Under the pieces are notes generated by a model. The model was not told the DNA's origin. It saw only the letters and a list, made by a program, of their open reading frames with translations, and did not search any database. 64,000 nucleotides of DNA from an uncultured Candidatus Saccharibacteria bacterium (lineage in GTDB: Bacteria > Patescibacteriota > Minisyncoccia > Phycocordibacterales > JACOZG01): contig CAYICB010000001.1 in NCBI GenBank assembly GCA_964361825.1, forward strand, positions 30,644-94,643. The letters run 5' to 3'. Below, one piece after another: positions 44,544 to 53,652 of the stretch. Both the position numbers and the translations under genes were made by a program. Position 1 is the stretch's first letter; each line of letters starts with the position of its first letter.

Positions 44544-46820
44544 TTATTTTTTGTCCTCTTTTTTCTCCCCCTCATCTTTTTTGTCTTCTTTCTTGTCCTC
44601 ATCTTTGTCGAGATTGAGTTCTCGGGCCATGCGATTTACTACTGTGAATGCACTATCCAATTCTTTTTCTTCATCAGGTGAGAGAGTGCCCGCTTTTTCT
44701 TTTGATTCAAGACGGCGAACAGTTTCCATTGCCTTGTCGAATTTCTTTTCGTTGCTCTTTTTTCTGGCGTCTTTATCAACCGATTTTTGTCGGTTTTTTT
44801 CAATCTCTTCCTGTTGGCTGGCCGATAATCTAGATTTGAATTCTTCCACAACCTTGCTAAGATGCCGATATTCTTTTTCGGCTACGCCTTTTGTTTTCTC
44901 GTCTTTTGGTGCCTTGGTTCGCGCCTCTTCTAGCTTCATCATTTCAAATACTGCTTTACGATACTTTCTCATGCTTGATTCGTTTTCTGTTTTTAGACGA
45001 TCGGTTTCAGGTGTATTGGCATACCAATTAAGAATGTCAGTATGTTTGCGGGTAGCGTCTTGAATTTCTTGCCACAACTGATCTTGAGTTTTAATCCCTG
45101 TTTGGGCCTTGTTGAGTGCGGCCTCCATTTTTGCTTGATTTACAGCTCCAAGTTGGCGATATGCTTGTTGTTGAATATAGTTACCTAATAATGGTTTTAC
45201 TCCCAAGAAGCCTTTGCCAGCAGCTTCGATGTATTTTGCTTTAGATTCCTCGGTCTTCAGTTCTTTGGGTGGTTTGGACATTTTTTCTGTTACTTCCTTA
45301 AAACTTTCTTTGCCACCAAACATGGCCTTTGTTCCCTTTTCGGCCAAGGGTTTAAACAAGTTGGCTAAACGAGGACTGGTAGTCATCATGCGGGTAATCC
45401 AGCCACCTTTATCATCCTTGTTTCGTGTTTCTTCTGCGCGAATTGCTTCTGCGCTCCAGCGACCAATGGTGGCACGGCCAATTGCAGATGGAACATAAAT
45501 TCCAGCCCCTTTTGCTGCTCCGATTCCCCAATCCTTCATTTTTTTCCCATACCCCACTACGGTGTTGGCGCCGAAGGCGCTAAGTTTAACCGCTGCAATT
45601 AGCGAGCCGATCATTAGGCCAACCACAATGGCAAAATTGAAGATGAGACCGAGCCAGTTGCTCTCTTTGTTTTCTGATAATCGCTTAATGATTCCCGTGT
45701 CGAGGATGGTGATTGAGGAATAGATGAACAATATATATATTGGAGCAAAGAATGATTGGTTCAGGAGTTTGTCCCACCAATCTTTAAAGTATTTTTCCAT
45801 GTTAGGCATAGCCCGTGCGAGGAAAGCCAGAGGAGAGATTACAATCAAAAAGACTAAGTAAACCGAACGAATAAGCAAGAGAACTGCCCCGGCTAAAAGC
45901 GTAAAACTAATAACTAAGCCAAGAACCACATTGCCGAAAATCCTAATCAAGACTTCTATTGGACTACCGTCCTTAAGGGTAAACATCTCTGTAGTAAAAT
46001 CAGAGTTTCGGAGAAAAGTTCCGGCTACCCCCTTTTGGGCTATGGGTTCATAAAGCTGGGCCGCGGCGATATTGGCCACATCAATTACGGCACGGGCCAA
46101 AAAGGCACTAAAATTGATAAACAGAGCACTAATAATTACAGTGATAATAATCCTTTCTTTATTATTGACCTTAAGATCAAGAATGAAGGCGGCGGCCACA
46201 TAGAGAAGAATAAAAATAAAGAACAGGTTGGCAAAATCTCGCAAAGTAGACCACGCTAGAGTTACTCCCGGGTCATTTACAAAGGTTCCAATTTTTTTAA
46301 CCCCAAAATCCAAAGAATAACCAAAAACCCCACCGGCAACTTTTACAATCCCGGCGGTAATTAGTGTCAACACTTCTCCAATAATGCCGAGGATTAAGTG
46401 AAAACCTCGTGTCACACAGGCCGTAAGATTTGTTAGACCACAGTTGTCTTCGTCTTCTGACGCACTTTTGATATCCTCATCTAGGGTTTTACCGTCATTT
46501 TTTGTTTTACTTGTTAGACTAGCAAGTTCGGCTTCTAGTTCCGACCGTCTTTCGTTAGAAAGGGTTGATGGCAACGCGTTGAGCTGTCTTTCAATGTCTT
46601 CTTTGCGATGTATGTCTCGCCAAATAGCCTTTTCCCTTTTATATAAAACGTTATATTCATCCTCAGTAATTTCTCCCTGGTTAAATTTTTCTGTCAGTAT
46701 GTTCAAGGCCTCACTTTCGGTTGATTGAGAAAAGGTTTGTTTAATATCAAATACTGGAAAAATCGAAATTATTATAACCAAAAGTATTCCTAGGGTTATT
46801 TTTTTCCAGTTTTTCATCAT
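44544..46820 (-). CDS. polytopic membrane protein, VirB6/TrbL/PrgH-like, with charged coiled-coil C-terminal tail
   Basis: About 8 TM helices in the central region and a Lys/Glu-rich C-terminus. Confidence 0.45.
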   Translation of the reverse strand: MMKNWKKITLGILLVIIISIFPVFDIKQTFSQSTESEALNILTEKFNQGEITEDEYNVLYKREKAIWRDIHRKEDIERQLNALPSTLSNERRSELEAELASLTSKTKNDGKTLDEDIKSASEDEDNCGLTNLTACVTRGFHLILGIIGEVLTLITAGIVKVAGGVFGYSLDFGVKKIGTFVNDPGVTLAWSTLRDFANLFFIFILLYVAAAFILDLKVNNKERIIITVIISALFINFSAFLARAVIDVANIAAAQLYEPIAQKGVAGTFLRNSDFTTEMFTLKDGSPIEVLIRIFGNVVLGLVISFTLLAGAVLLLIRSVYLVFLIVISPLAFLARAMPNMEKYFKDWWDKLLNQSFFAPIYILFIYSSITILDTGIIKRLSENKESNWLGLIFNFAIVVGLMIGSLIAAVKLSAFGANTVVGYGKKMKDWGIGAAKGAGIYVPSAIGRATIGRWSAEAIRAEETRNKDDKGGWITRMMTTSPRLANLFKPLAEKGTKAMFGGKESFKEVTEKMSKPPKELKTEESKAKYIEAAGKGFLGVKPLLGNYIQQQAYRQLGAVNQAKMEAALNKAQTGIKTQDQLWQEIQDATRKHTDILNWYANTPETDRLKTENESSMRKYRKAVFEMMKLEEARTKAPKDEKTKGVAEKEYRHLSKVVEEFKSRLSASQQEEIEKNRQKSVDKDARKKSNEKKFDKAMETVRRLESKEKAGTLSPDEEKELDSAFTVVNRMARELNLDKDEDKKEDKKDEGEKKEDKK

Positions 46821-49800
46821 CGTGTGATTGTGATTTCTCGGGTGATTTCTTGATTATTGCCCGCTAAGCACTTGATGCCATAAGCGAGTTTAGGAGTCAC
46901 GGAGATAAAGGCGGAGGTATTGGTGGTGCCGTAGATAAAGTCATACCGCCGCAGGGCTCGACCCAGTTCCGAGTCGGCGGTTTTGGTGGCCTCAATTTTA
47001 TCACGCAAGAGCTCGACAATTTTAGCCTTGGTGCGCTCGGGGTTAGTATTTTCGCCACCGGCGAGCAAAGTGGTATCACCTCCTAGGCCACCAAAGGTAA
47101 TTTGATAACTAGCATCCTCGCTAAGACTGCCGCTTGGGGTATAGGTCCAGCGCTCGGCCAAGAGATTGGGTAGCGCGGTTTTAAGCGAGAAGAGGAGGTC
47201 GGTATCCTCATTTACTAAGCGCTCAATCTTTAGGCTGGCGGTGAGGGGGTGAGCAATGGTGTGACTTCCATTTAGTTCTACCTCATCACCCTTGGCCACT
47301 AGCACCTCATTTACCGAGAGCCAATCATTATTAGCCTGGCAATAATTCGCATTGGCGGAGTTCCAAGCCAGATTAGAGAGATTTGGTGTTCCCCCACTTA
47401 CTGCCGCGAGGTTGGGAGTATTGAAGCCAAATTCGAGGCCAATTCTTGCCAAGACTGGGCCCGTAATTGGATTGTCGATCAAATCATCTAAACCAACAGT
47501 ATTTAAGGTGTTGAAGCTCGTATTATCGTAGTAATTATAGGTTCCCGAGCTCAAATTTGGTGGAGTGCGGGGTGTTGTGGGATCATCGCTAGTAATTGGG
47601 ATCGCGCCGCCAAGCGAGGGCGGTAAATTATTTCTCGACACAGGTAAATTACTGTCAAAAGCTTGCCGGGGTTGCGGGTCAGAGAGGCGGGGGCAAGGTC
47701 CAGTGCCCGGGCAAGGATTCGGAGTCTGGAAAACACTTTTATAATCACCGGGGCTGGCAATCGCGGCGCCTAGATTAGCGGTTTTCTGGATAGAATTATT
47801 GAGATCAAATTTGGCGGCATCCTCTTTTAGCCCCTTAGCATTAAGGGTTTGATCTACGGGCAAGGTGGCCAATTTGCTAGCTTGGTCGCGGATCACTGAG
47901 GGCGGAGTGGTAATGGTCCAACCATCGCAAGTCCAAGTGCCATTGGGGAGCTGAATTTTATTTGCCTCCGGGCAGGTTCTGGTGCCCAAATTACCATCAC
48001 CCCAAGCGGCTTGTTGCATAATGCTTCCGGCGGCGGCACTTCTTTCTTCGGCCACAATTCGATCTAATTCCACCGCCGCGAGTAGGGGGTTAAGCCCTTT
48101 GTGAGCCATAAAGTTATAATTTGCTTCCGGGTCGAAGGCGCTTTTGCCATCCAGACTCCCGGTTTCTTTAAAGTTTTTTATTTGTTCTGGGGTATAAGGT
48201 GAGGCGAAGATATTTTGATTTTGTTCTGCATCTCTGGCGGCTAAGGCTTGGCTCAAAGCGGGGTAAAGCGCCGGATTCTCGGCCACCGAGTTTCTAAATT
48301 TTTGGACCACGGCCGCCTCTCGTTCGTCTGCTGCCTCGGCCGCCAGCTTTTCGGGGTCAGAAACAATCAAGGGTTGAGTGTTTTCTTCTCCAAGGGTCGG
48401 TACGCTGGTGGTAAAAGAGGAGGTTTCGAGACCGGTTTGCAGGAGATCGGCCATTTGATCTTGCCAAATTGCTAAAGCGCGACCCGATTCCATAATCGCA
48501 TTGGGATCATTAACGAAGGTTTTTTCTTCCATCACAAAGAGCATTCTTCTTACCGCCTTCACATGGGTACAGGCTTGGAGCTCAAGTAAGACCAGTTTTT
48601 CCATCATCGCTTTAATTTCGGCCGTGTTTTTAACAATTTCTCCGGTATTTTTTTGCGTTCCTTGACTAACAGAAAGGAGAGATCCAGCCTCATTAACTGG
48701 CACGGTTAAGGCACCAGCGCCGCCAAGGCCAAAGCGATTCATCACTTCTTCCATGGCGCGTTTGGTGAGGTCGGTAACAATAGCTTGAGCCATGGGATTG
48801 CCCTCAAACATTGAGCCGGCCAAACCACCAATGACCCCCACGGCACTACCAGCCAAACCTTTAGCCAAATTACTAGAAAAATTGGTTAAACCAGCGGCGG
48901 CGCCATTCTTAGCAACATTATTGGTAATCACATTTTCGGTCACAGCTGGTGCGGCCGCAGTTACCTCTTGACCAGTGGTTTCGGCAAAGAAGGCCGATTC
49001 GTCTAAGGCTGGCGTGGGAGTATTGGGGTCAATATTATTAACATAGGCATCGTAATGGATTTCTCCCGGTCCGCGGATGGCATCATTGGGAATAATACGG
49101 ATATCATTGGCTTCGGAAACCTTCACTTGATTTGGCAGGAGTGGGCCATAGGTATCATCCGCCACCACCTCTACTCTAGGTGGAGGGAAAACGGCATCGT
49201 GTAAAGAGAAGCCAACTTTGTTGATTCCATCAGCGATAAAATTACCGGCGGCGAAAGCATTATTGGTAACACCCGCGGCAAAGGGGTAAAGAGTGGCGCC
49301 CACGGTGTCATCAATACTTTTGGCGATGCTATCTCCCACATGGTCAATAATAATGGTGGTGGGAGTAGTGATGGCGGCGATGGCCACATTTAGCTGGAGA
49401 TCAACGGCATTTACAATCGGGTTAAGAAATTGCTCATCCATGGTATTGATGGCCTTCTCCACCGCTCCGAGTGGTCCCACTAGATGGTCCATCGCCTTAT
49501 CGATTGAGTTTTCTAGAGAATTATTGATTGGTTTTTCGATGGCATTCGCAATGGCGTCGGCCAGCTTAGAGATATTTTTGGGATCAGTCATTGACTGCTC
49601 CAGTTGGAAAGCAAAACCATTAACCAACTCATCGGTGATTGCCTCTCTATTGGTTGTTAAGTAGGCGGCCCATTTGAAAAACTCAATTGTTTCTTCGGCT
49701 TGCGCTTTTAAATTCTCAATCATCCCTAAGATTTCCTCGCCAGTTTCTGGGAGAGAGGCTAGACCGAGAACCGTGCCGATGATCTGATTTAGAAAATCAG

Positions 49801-50713
49801 GTACGAAGGGAATATTGGCCGAAGAGAAAGATAGCCCCACATTTTGAATTGAGGCCTTAATCCCATCAATCGTGGCCCTGAAGGTAGCCACCAAGGTTTC
49901 CACCTGATCCACTGCCATTTGGGGGATTTCTAGTAAAACGGTGTTTATCTCGGCTCTATAGTAGGTTTCGATGGTAGGTTTAGCGATTTCGTGGAAGTTT
50001 AACTTTAGATTCTCTTGGAGATTATCTCGCAAGCCATGATTAACTGATTCGGAAACCTTCTTTTTGATAAATTCTTCATTTAAAACGCGGGGCCATGACT
50101 CTCTGACGGAATCGGTTACTAATTGACGAAATTGACCACGATCCCTAAGCATTTCTTCGGTCACTCCTTGCTCGCGGAAGGCTTGGAGCTTTTCGGCCAA
50201 GGTTTTTGGTACTTCTTCTTTAAGCCTTTCGGTCATACCAGTCTGGATTCCCTGACGCAAATGCCCCTCGATTGCCGGGGCCGCGCTAGTGGTTACAGCA
50301 TTAACCGTTTTTGGCATCACTTCCATTCCCACCGCTTCATTAATAAGGTTTTTAATCGGTTTTTTGAAGGCGGTTTCTGCCACTGCTTGACCATAGGTGG
50401 CTGGTTTTTTGCCCTTCACCTCTATTTCGCACTGTTTTTGATCCTCTTCGCGCCAAGCGCCCAAAATTTCTTGAGCGCTTGAGGAGTCACCGGCTTTTTG
50501 GGGTGGACGAAGCAAGTTTTTGGTGTCCAGTTCGCCGATATTTGGGGTGGGGGTAGTTTGTCCCAAAACTGAAGCCCGAGTGCGTAGTCCACCTGAATTA
50601 GGTAAACCAGCAAATTGGGCTGAAGCGCTAAGCGGAGAGAGCAAGTTGGCGGTAAGCAGGCTTAAAATTAAGCCTCGAACCAAGTAGTTTTTTGTTTGAG
50701 GATTTAATTTCAT
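46817..50713 (-). CDS. giant secreted protein (1298 aa) of the T4SS-like operon
   Basis: Signal peptide MKLNPQTKNYLVRGLILSLLTANLLSPLSASA and no recognisable catalytic motifs. Confidence 0.55.
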   Translation of the reverse strand: MKLNPQTKNYLVRGLILSLLTANLLSPLSASAQFAGLPNSGGLRTRASVLGQTTPTPNIGELDTKNLLRPPQKAGDSSSAQEILGAWREEDQKQCEIEVKGKKPATYGQAVAETAFKKPIKNLINEAVGMEVMPKTVNAVTTSAAPAIEGHLRQGIQTGMTERLKEEVPKTLAEKLQAFREQGVTEEMLRDRGQFRQLVTDSVRESWPRVLNEEFIKKKVSESVNHGLRDNLQENLKLNFHEIAKPTIETYYRAEINTVLLEIPQMAVDQVETLVATFRATIDGIKASIQNVGLSFSSANIPFVPDFLNQIIGTVLGLASLPETGEEILGMIENLKAQAEETIEFFKWAAYLTTNREAITDELVNGFAFQLEQSMTDPKNISKLADAIANAIEKPINNSLENSIDKAMDHLVGPLGAVEKAINTMDEQFLNPIVNAVDLQLNVAIAAITTPTTIIIDHVGDSIAKSIDDTVGATLYPFAAGVTNNAFAAGNFIADGINKVGFSLHDAVFPPPRVEVVADDTYGPLLPNQVKVSEANDIRIIPNDAIRGPGEIHYDAYVNNIDPNTPTPALDESAFFAETTGQEVTAAAPAVTENVITNNVAKNGAAAGLTNFSSNLAKGLAGSAVGVIGGLAGSMFEGNPMAQAIVTDLTKRAMEEVMNRFGLGGAGALTVPVNEAGSLLSVSQGTQKNTGEIVKNTAEIKAMMEKLVLLELQACTHVKAVRRMLFVMEEKTFVNDPNAIMESGRALAIWQDQMADLLQTGLETSSFTTSVPTLGEENTQPLIVSDPEKLAAEAADEREAAVVQKFRNSVAENPALYPALSQALAARDAEQNQNIFASPYTPEQIKNFKETGSLDGKSAFDPEANYNFMAHKGLNPLLAAVELDRIVAEERSAAAGSIMQQAAWGDGNLGTRTCPEANKIQLPNGTWTCDGWTITTPPSVIRDQASKLATLPVDQTLNAKGLKEDAAKFDLNNSIQKTANLGAAIASPGDYKSVFQTPNPCPGTGPCPRLSDPQPRQAFDSNLPVSRNNLPPSLGGAIPITSDDPTTPRTPPNLSSGTYNYYDNTSFNTLNTVGLDDLIDNPITGPVLARIGLEFGFNTPNLAAVSGGTPNLSNLAWNSANANYCQANNDWLSVNEVLVAKGDEVELNGSHTIAHPLTASLKIERLVNEDTDLLFSLKTALPNLLAERWTYTPSGSLSEDASYQITFGGLGGDTTLLAGGENTNPERTKAKIVELLRDKIEATKTADSELGRALRRYDFIYGTTNTSAFISVTPKLAYGIKCLAGNNQEITREITITR

Positions 50714-51573
50714 AAGCCTAAAGAGAGATTGGCCCCTTCGTTTTCATTAAACACCAGACCATTGGCCATCAAAAAGAAGTTTAAATTATTGATGGCCGTA
50801 AAAAATCCTTCTAATTTTGTGGGGTGGAGTTCGGCGGCGGCCAAGGCAATGGCAGGTTCACTTTCTATTTGGGCCATAAGCAGAGAGTTTTGCGTTAGGT
50901 TGGTGATGGCATTTACCAAATTAAGATGATTTTGGGCGGCGGTTTGAGGAATGGCGAGGTTGAGTAGAGTCTGTGAGGTGTTTTTGTAAGCCGTAACGCG
51001 CTCTTCTAGTTTAGTTAAAGTTTGATTTTCGCCGTTTTCAATGAAGTTTAGAGCCAGAACAAGCTCATTTTCTTCGCCGGTTGGCCAAGATTGACGCATA
51101 ATCTCGGCTACTTCTAAGCCGTAAGCTCTAATTTGTGGTTGGGTGGCGGAAGAAAGGAGGTGTAAATCACTAATTTGGTAGGTAGTTTGTTTGGGCCAAA
51201 AAACCTCGGAGTTGATTAATGGGGCTTCTCTGTTTTGCGAAGCCTCATGAACTTGGGCTAAAAGCTTGGCATTAACTTCTAGCGGCTGATTGGTTGATTG
51301 GCTCGGATCTCGTCCTAAGCTCACTTCGGCCCCATCTGCCACCCCGTCACCATCGGAATCTGGTTTATTAGGATTAGTGCCCCAGAGGGTTTCTTCCCAG
51401 TCTGCCAATTTGTCTTGATCTTGATCGGTGGGTTTAAATTTAGCGAGGGGCGGAACTTTTTTGGTCATCAGGAAATTGTTTTCTAGTTTTGGCGCGGAGC
51501 GGCCACCAATAAACCACAGCGACCAAACACTGATCACTACCATTAGCCCTAGCCCCACCACGAGCTTCTTCAT
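50710..51573 (-). CDS. hypothetical membrane-anchored protein
   Basis: N-terminal TM helix. It is the first gene of the operon and overlaps the next by 4 bp. Confidence 0.45.
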   Translation of the reverse strand: MKKLVVGLGLMVVISVWSLWFIGGRSAPKLENNFLMTKKVPPLAKFKPTDQDQDKLADWEETLWGTNPNKPDSDGDGVADGAEVSLGRDPSQSTNQPLEVNAKLLAQVHEASQNREAPLINSEVFWPKQTTYQISDLHLLSSATQPQIRAYGLEVAEIMRQSWPTGEENELVLALNFIENGENQTLTKLEERVTAYKNTSQTLLNLAIPQTAAQNHLNLVNAITNLTQNSLLMAQIESEPAIALAAAELHPTKLEGFFTAINNLNFFLMANGLVFNENEGANLSLGL

Positions 51574-51605
51574 TTGGCTTAAATTATATTACATTTCTTG
51601 TTAAG

Positions 51606-52073
51606 ATGGGAGCAATGTTATCAACCTTACTGTTGATTAGTCAGTTGCTCGAGCAAATTAAGGCTAAAGAGACCATTTATCCCTCGATTTTTGATCGAGT
51701 AAAAGCCGATCGCGAGATCAGGGAGAAGCTTGTGGTTCAAGAATCAGTCCTTACGCCACCTGTAATTATTGAAGTGACGCCCAAAAAAGGGGGGGCTGGC
51801 ACCGGAATTACCTTGCGGGGGCAAAATTTTGCTAAAGATAACCTTGTTTATACTGGTTTTGGCACAGTGAAGGCCAAATCTGTTGACGGGAAAACCCTTA
51901 AATTCAAATTGCCAAAACCACCCTTTTGGTCTTCTGCCCAAAATCAAGCGGCGGTAACAGAGTATTGGCGAAAGACTTACCCCAATGGCAAGGTGAGTAT
52001 CCCTTTGGGTTTTTACCTTAAAAATGACCTTGGCCAAAGCGTGGCTCCCGGAACCTTTACCTTTGAATTTTAA
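51606..52073 (+). CDS. hypothetical protein (IPT/TIG-like segment)
   Basis: PVIIEVTPKKGGAGTGITLRGQNF. Confidence 0.35.
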   Translation: MGAMLSTLLLISQLLEQIKAKETIYPSIFDRVKADREIREKLVVQESVLTPPVIIEVTPKKGGAGTGITLRGQNFAKDNLVYTGFGTVKAKSVDGKTLKFKLPKPPFWSSAQNQAAVTEYWRKTYPNGKVSIPLGFYLKNDLGQSVAPGTFTFEF

Positions 52074-52076
52074 ATC

Positions 52077-52433
52077 ATGAATAAAATCACCATTTTTTCT
52101 TTATTTCTGGCGGCGGGATTAATTTGGGCCGCTTGGCTTTACCGTCCACCGGCAGTAGAAGCGATCGGTTTTTTGCCGATTGGGGGGAAAATTGTGAATG
52201 TGACCCCGTGTTGCAACGGTTTAATGTTGACCTTAGCTGGTCCGCGCCCCGGTAATTATATGTATTATTATCAAACCTCCATTCTTTTGCCTTATTTCAA
52301 CATTTTTGTTCCCGGACCATCAGTGCTGGGTCGGGGTTTGCCCGGTGGAGTGTGTCAACCAATAGCCACTGCCTGTATTACTTCGATCCCCACGGTGGGG
52401 TCTTTTGTTAGCGTGGGGACTTCTAGTTTTTAA
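52077..52433 (+). CDS. hypothetical secreted protein
   Basis: Signal/TM segment IFSLFLAAGLIWAAW, and Cys-containing. Confidence 0.35.
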   Translation: MNKITIFSLFLAAGLIWAAWLYRPPAVEAIGFLPIGGKIVNVTPCCNGLMLTLAGPRPGNYMYYYQTSILLPYFNIFVPGPSVLGRGLPGGVCQPIATACITSIPTVGSFVSVGTSSF

Positions 52434-52839
52434 CCTGATCGCCGATTTTTAGATTGTTTTTTTCCGAGAAACCGGCATTTACTTCTAAGACATATTTCAC
52501 CGGCGAGGGTGGAAAGAAAAGTTGCGGATAAGTTTCGGGGGCGAGATTTTTTTCGATGCCGATAATTTTCCAATTTTCGTCGAGCCAAATAATGTCGATT
52601 GGGAAGAACATATCTTTCATCCAAAAATTTGGGGTAGTGACGGTGGGGAAAATAAAAAGTAAGCCAGTGTCTTGGGCGAGGTTTGTTCTGTCAGACAAAC
52701 CTTGAGTTCTTTCTATTTCAGTATCGGCGATTTCGATTTGAATAATTTTTCCGCCAATTTCTAATTGTGGTAGTGAAACCTTGGGTGCGGGGTTAATAAA
52801 ACCAAGAGCGATTAAGATCGTGAGAAAAAATTGTTTCAT
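52423..52839 (-). CDS. DUF192 domain protein
   Basis: Signal peptide plus a GLSDR...GLLFIFP...FWMKDMFFPIDIIWLD pattern. Confidence 0.6.
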   Translation of the reverse strand: MKQFFLTILIALGFINPAPKVSLPQLEIGGKIIQIEIADTEIERTQGLSDRTNLAQDTGLLFIFPTVTTPNFWMKDMFFPIDIIWLDENWKIIGIEKNLAPETYPQLFFPPSPVKYVLEVNAGFSEKNNLKIGDQVKN

Positions 52840-53612
52840 AAACTTTTAGCGAGTTTAAGCCAATCTGCTAATTTCAAATCTTCGGCGCGGGCTTTCCGCC
52901 AGTCGGATGGGATTAGAGCGGCGACATCCTTGCCCAAATTATTTTGTAATAGTTTGCGTTTGTGAGCAAAACCTTTTTTCAGTAAGGCAAAAAATTTCCC
53001 TTCGTCAATTCCTGTGAGTTTTTCTCGATCAATATTTTCGATCAAGAGAATTGCCGAATCAACGGCCGGTGCGGGTGAGAAACTCCCCGCTTTGACCGTG
53101 CCGAGCATTTTCGGCTCGCCAAAAAGTTTTACACTTAGTGATAATAAACTTTCTTTTCCATCTCTGGCAACGATGCGTTCCACCACTTCTTTTTGTAAAA
53201 GTAAGACCATCAAACTTGGTTGAGGAACTCGTCCCAACCAGAGGCGCAAAAATTCGCCGGTGAGGTAGTAGGGCAAGTTTGCGATCACTTTGTAGGGCTG
53301 ATTTGCTAAGCCGAGCGCGGTGGGTGAAACAGTGAGAATGTCAGCAGAAAAAATTTCTAGTTTTTTTCCGCCAGCTGGCGGATTTATTTCTCCCGCAAAT
53401 TTTTCTTGCAAAATTTTTACCAAGTTTTCGTCTTTCTCGACGGCGATTACTTTACCCGCTCGAGCGAGCAAGAGCGCGGTAAGGTTCCCGGTGCCCGGGC
53501 CCACCTCGAGCACGGTGTCGCTCGCCGAAAGGTTGCCAGCTGCGGCAATTTTCTCGAGCACACCCTTGTTGGTGAGCCAGTGTTGACCTAAAGATTTTTT
53601 TGCACGGATCAT
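52836..53612 (-). CDS. rsmA: 16S rRNA (adenine1518/1519-N6)-dimethyltransferase
   Basis: SLGQHWL and VLEVGPGTGNLT. Confidence 0.85.
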   Translation of the reverse strand: MIRAKKSLGQHWLTNKGVLEKIAAAGNLSASDTVLEVGPGTGNLTALLLARAGKVIAVEKDENLVKILQEKFAGEINPPAGGKKLEIFSADILTVSPTALGLANQPYKVIANLPYYLTGEFLRLWLGRVPQPSLMVLLLQKEVVERIVARDGKESLLSLSVKLFGEPKMLGTVKAGSFSPAPAVDSAILLIENIDREKLTGIDEGKFFALLKKGFAHKRKLLQNNLGKDVAALIPSDWRKARAEDLKLADWLKLAKSL

Positions 53613-53652
53613 GTGTGAAACATTGTAAAATAAGGCTAAAATGTGAAACAAA

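Noticed and set aside
44422-45063. 213-aa + strand ORF
   Set aside because: It is a Ser/Phe/Leu-rich low-complexity antisense reading of the Lys/Glu-rich tail of the VirB6-like gene.
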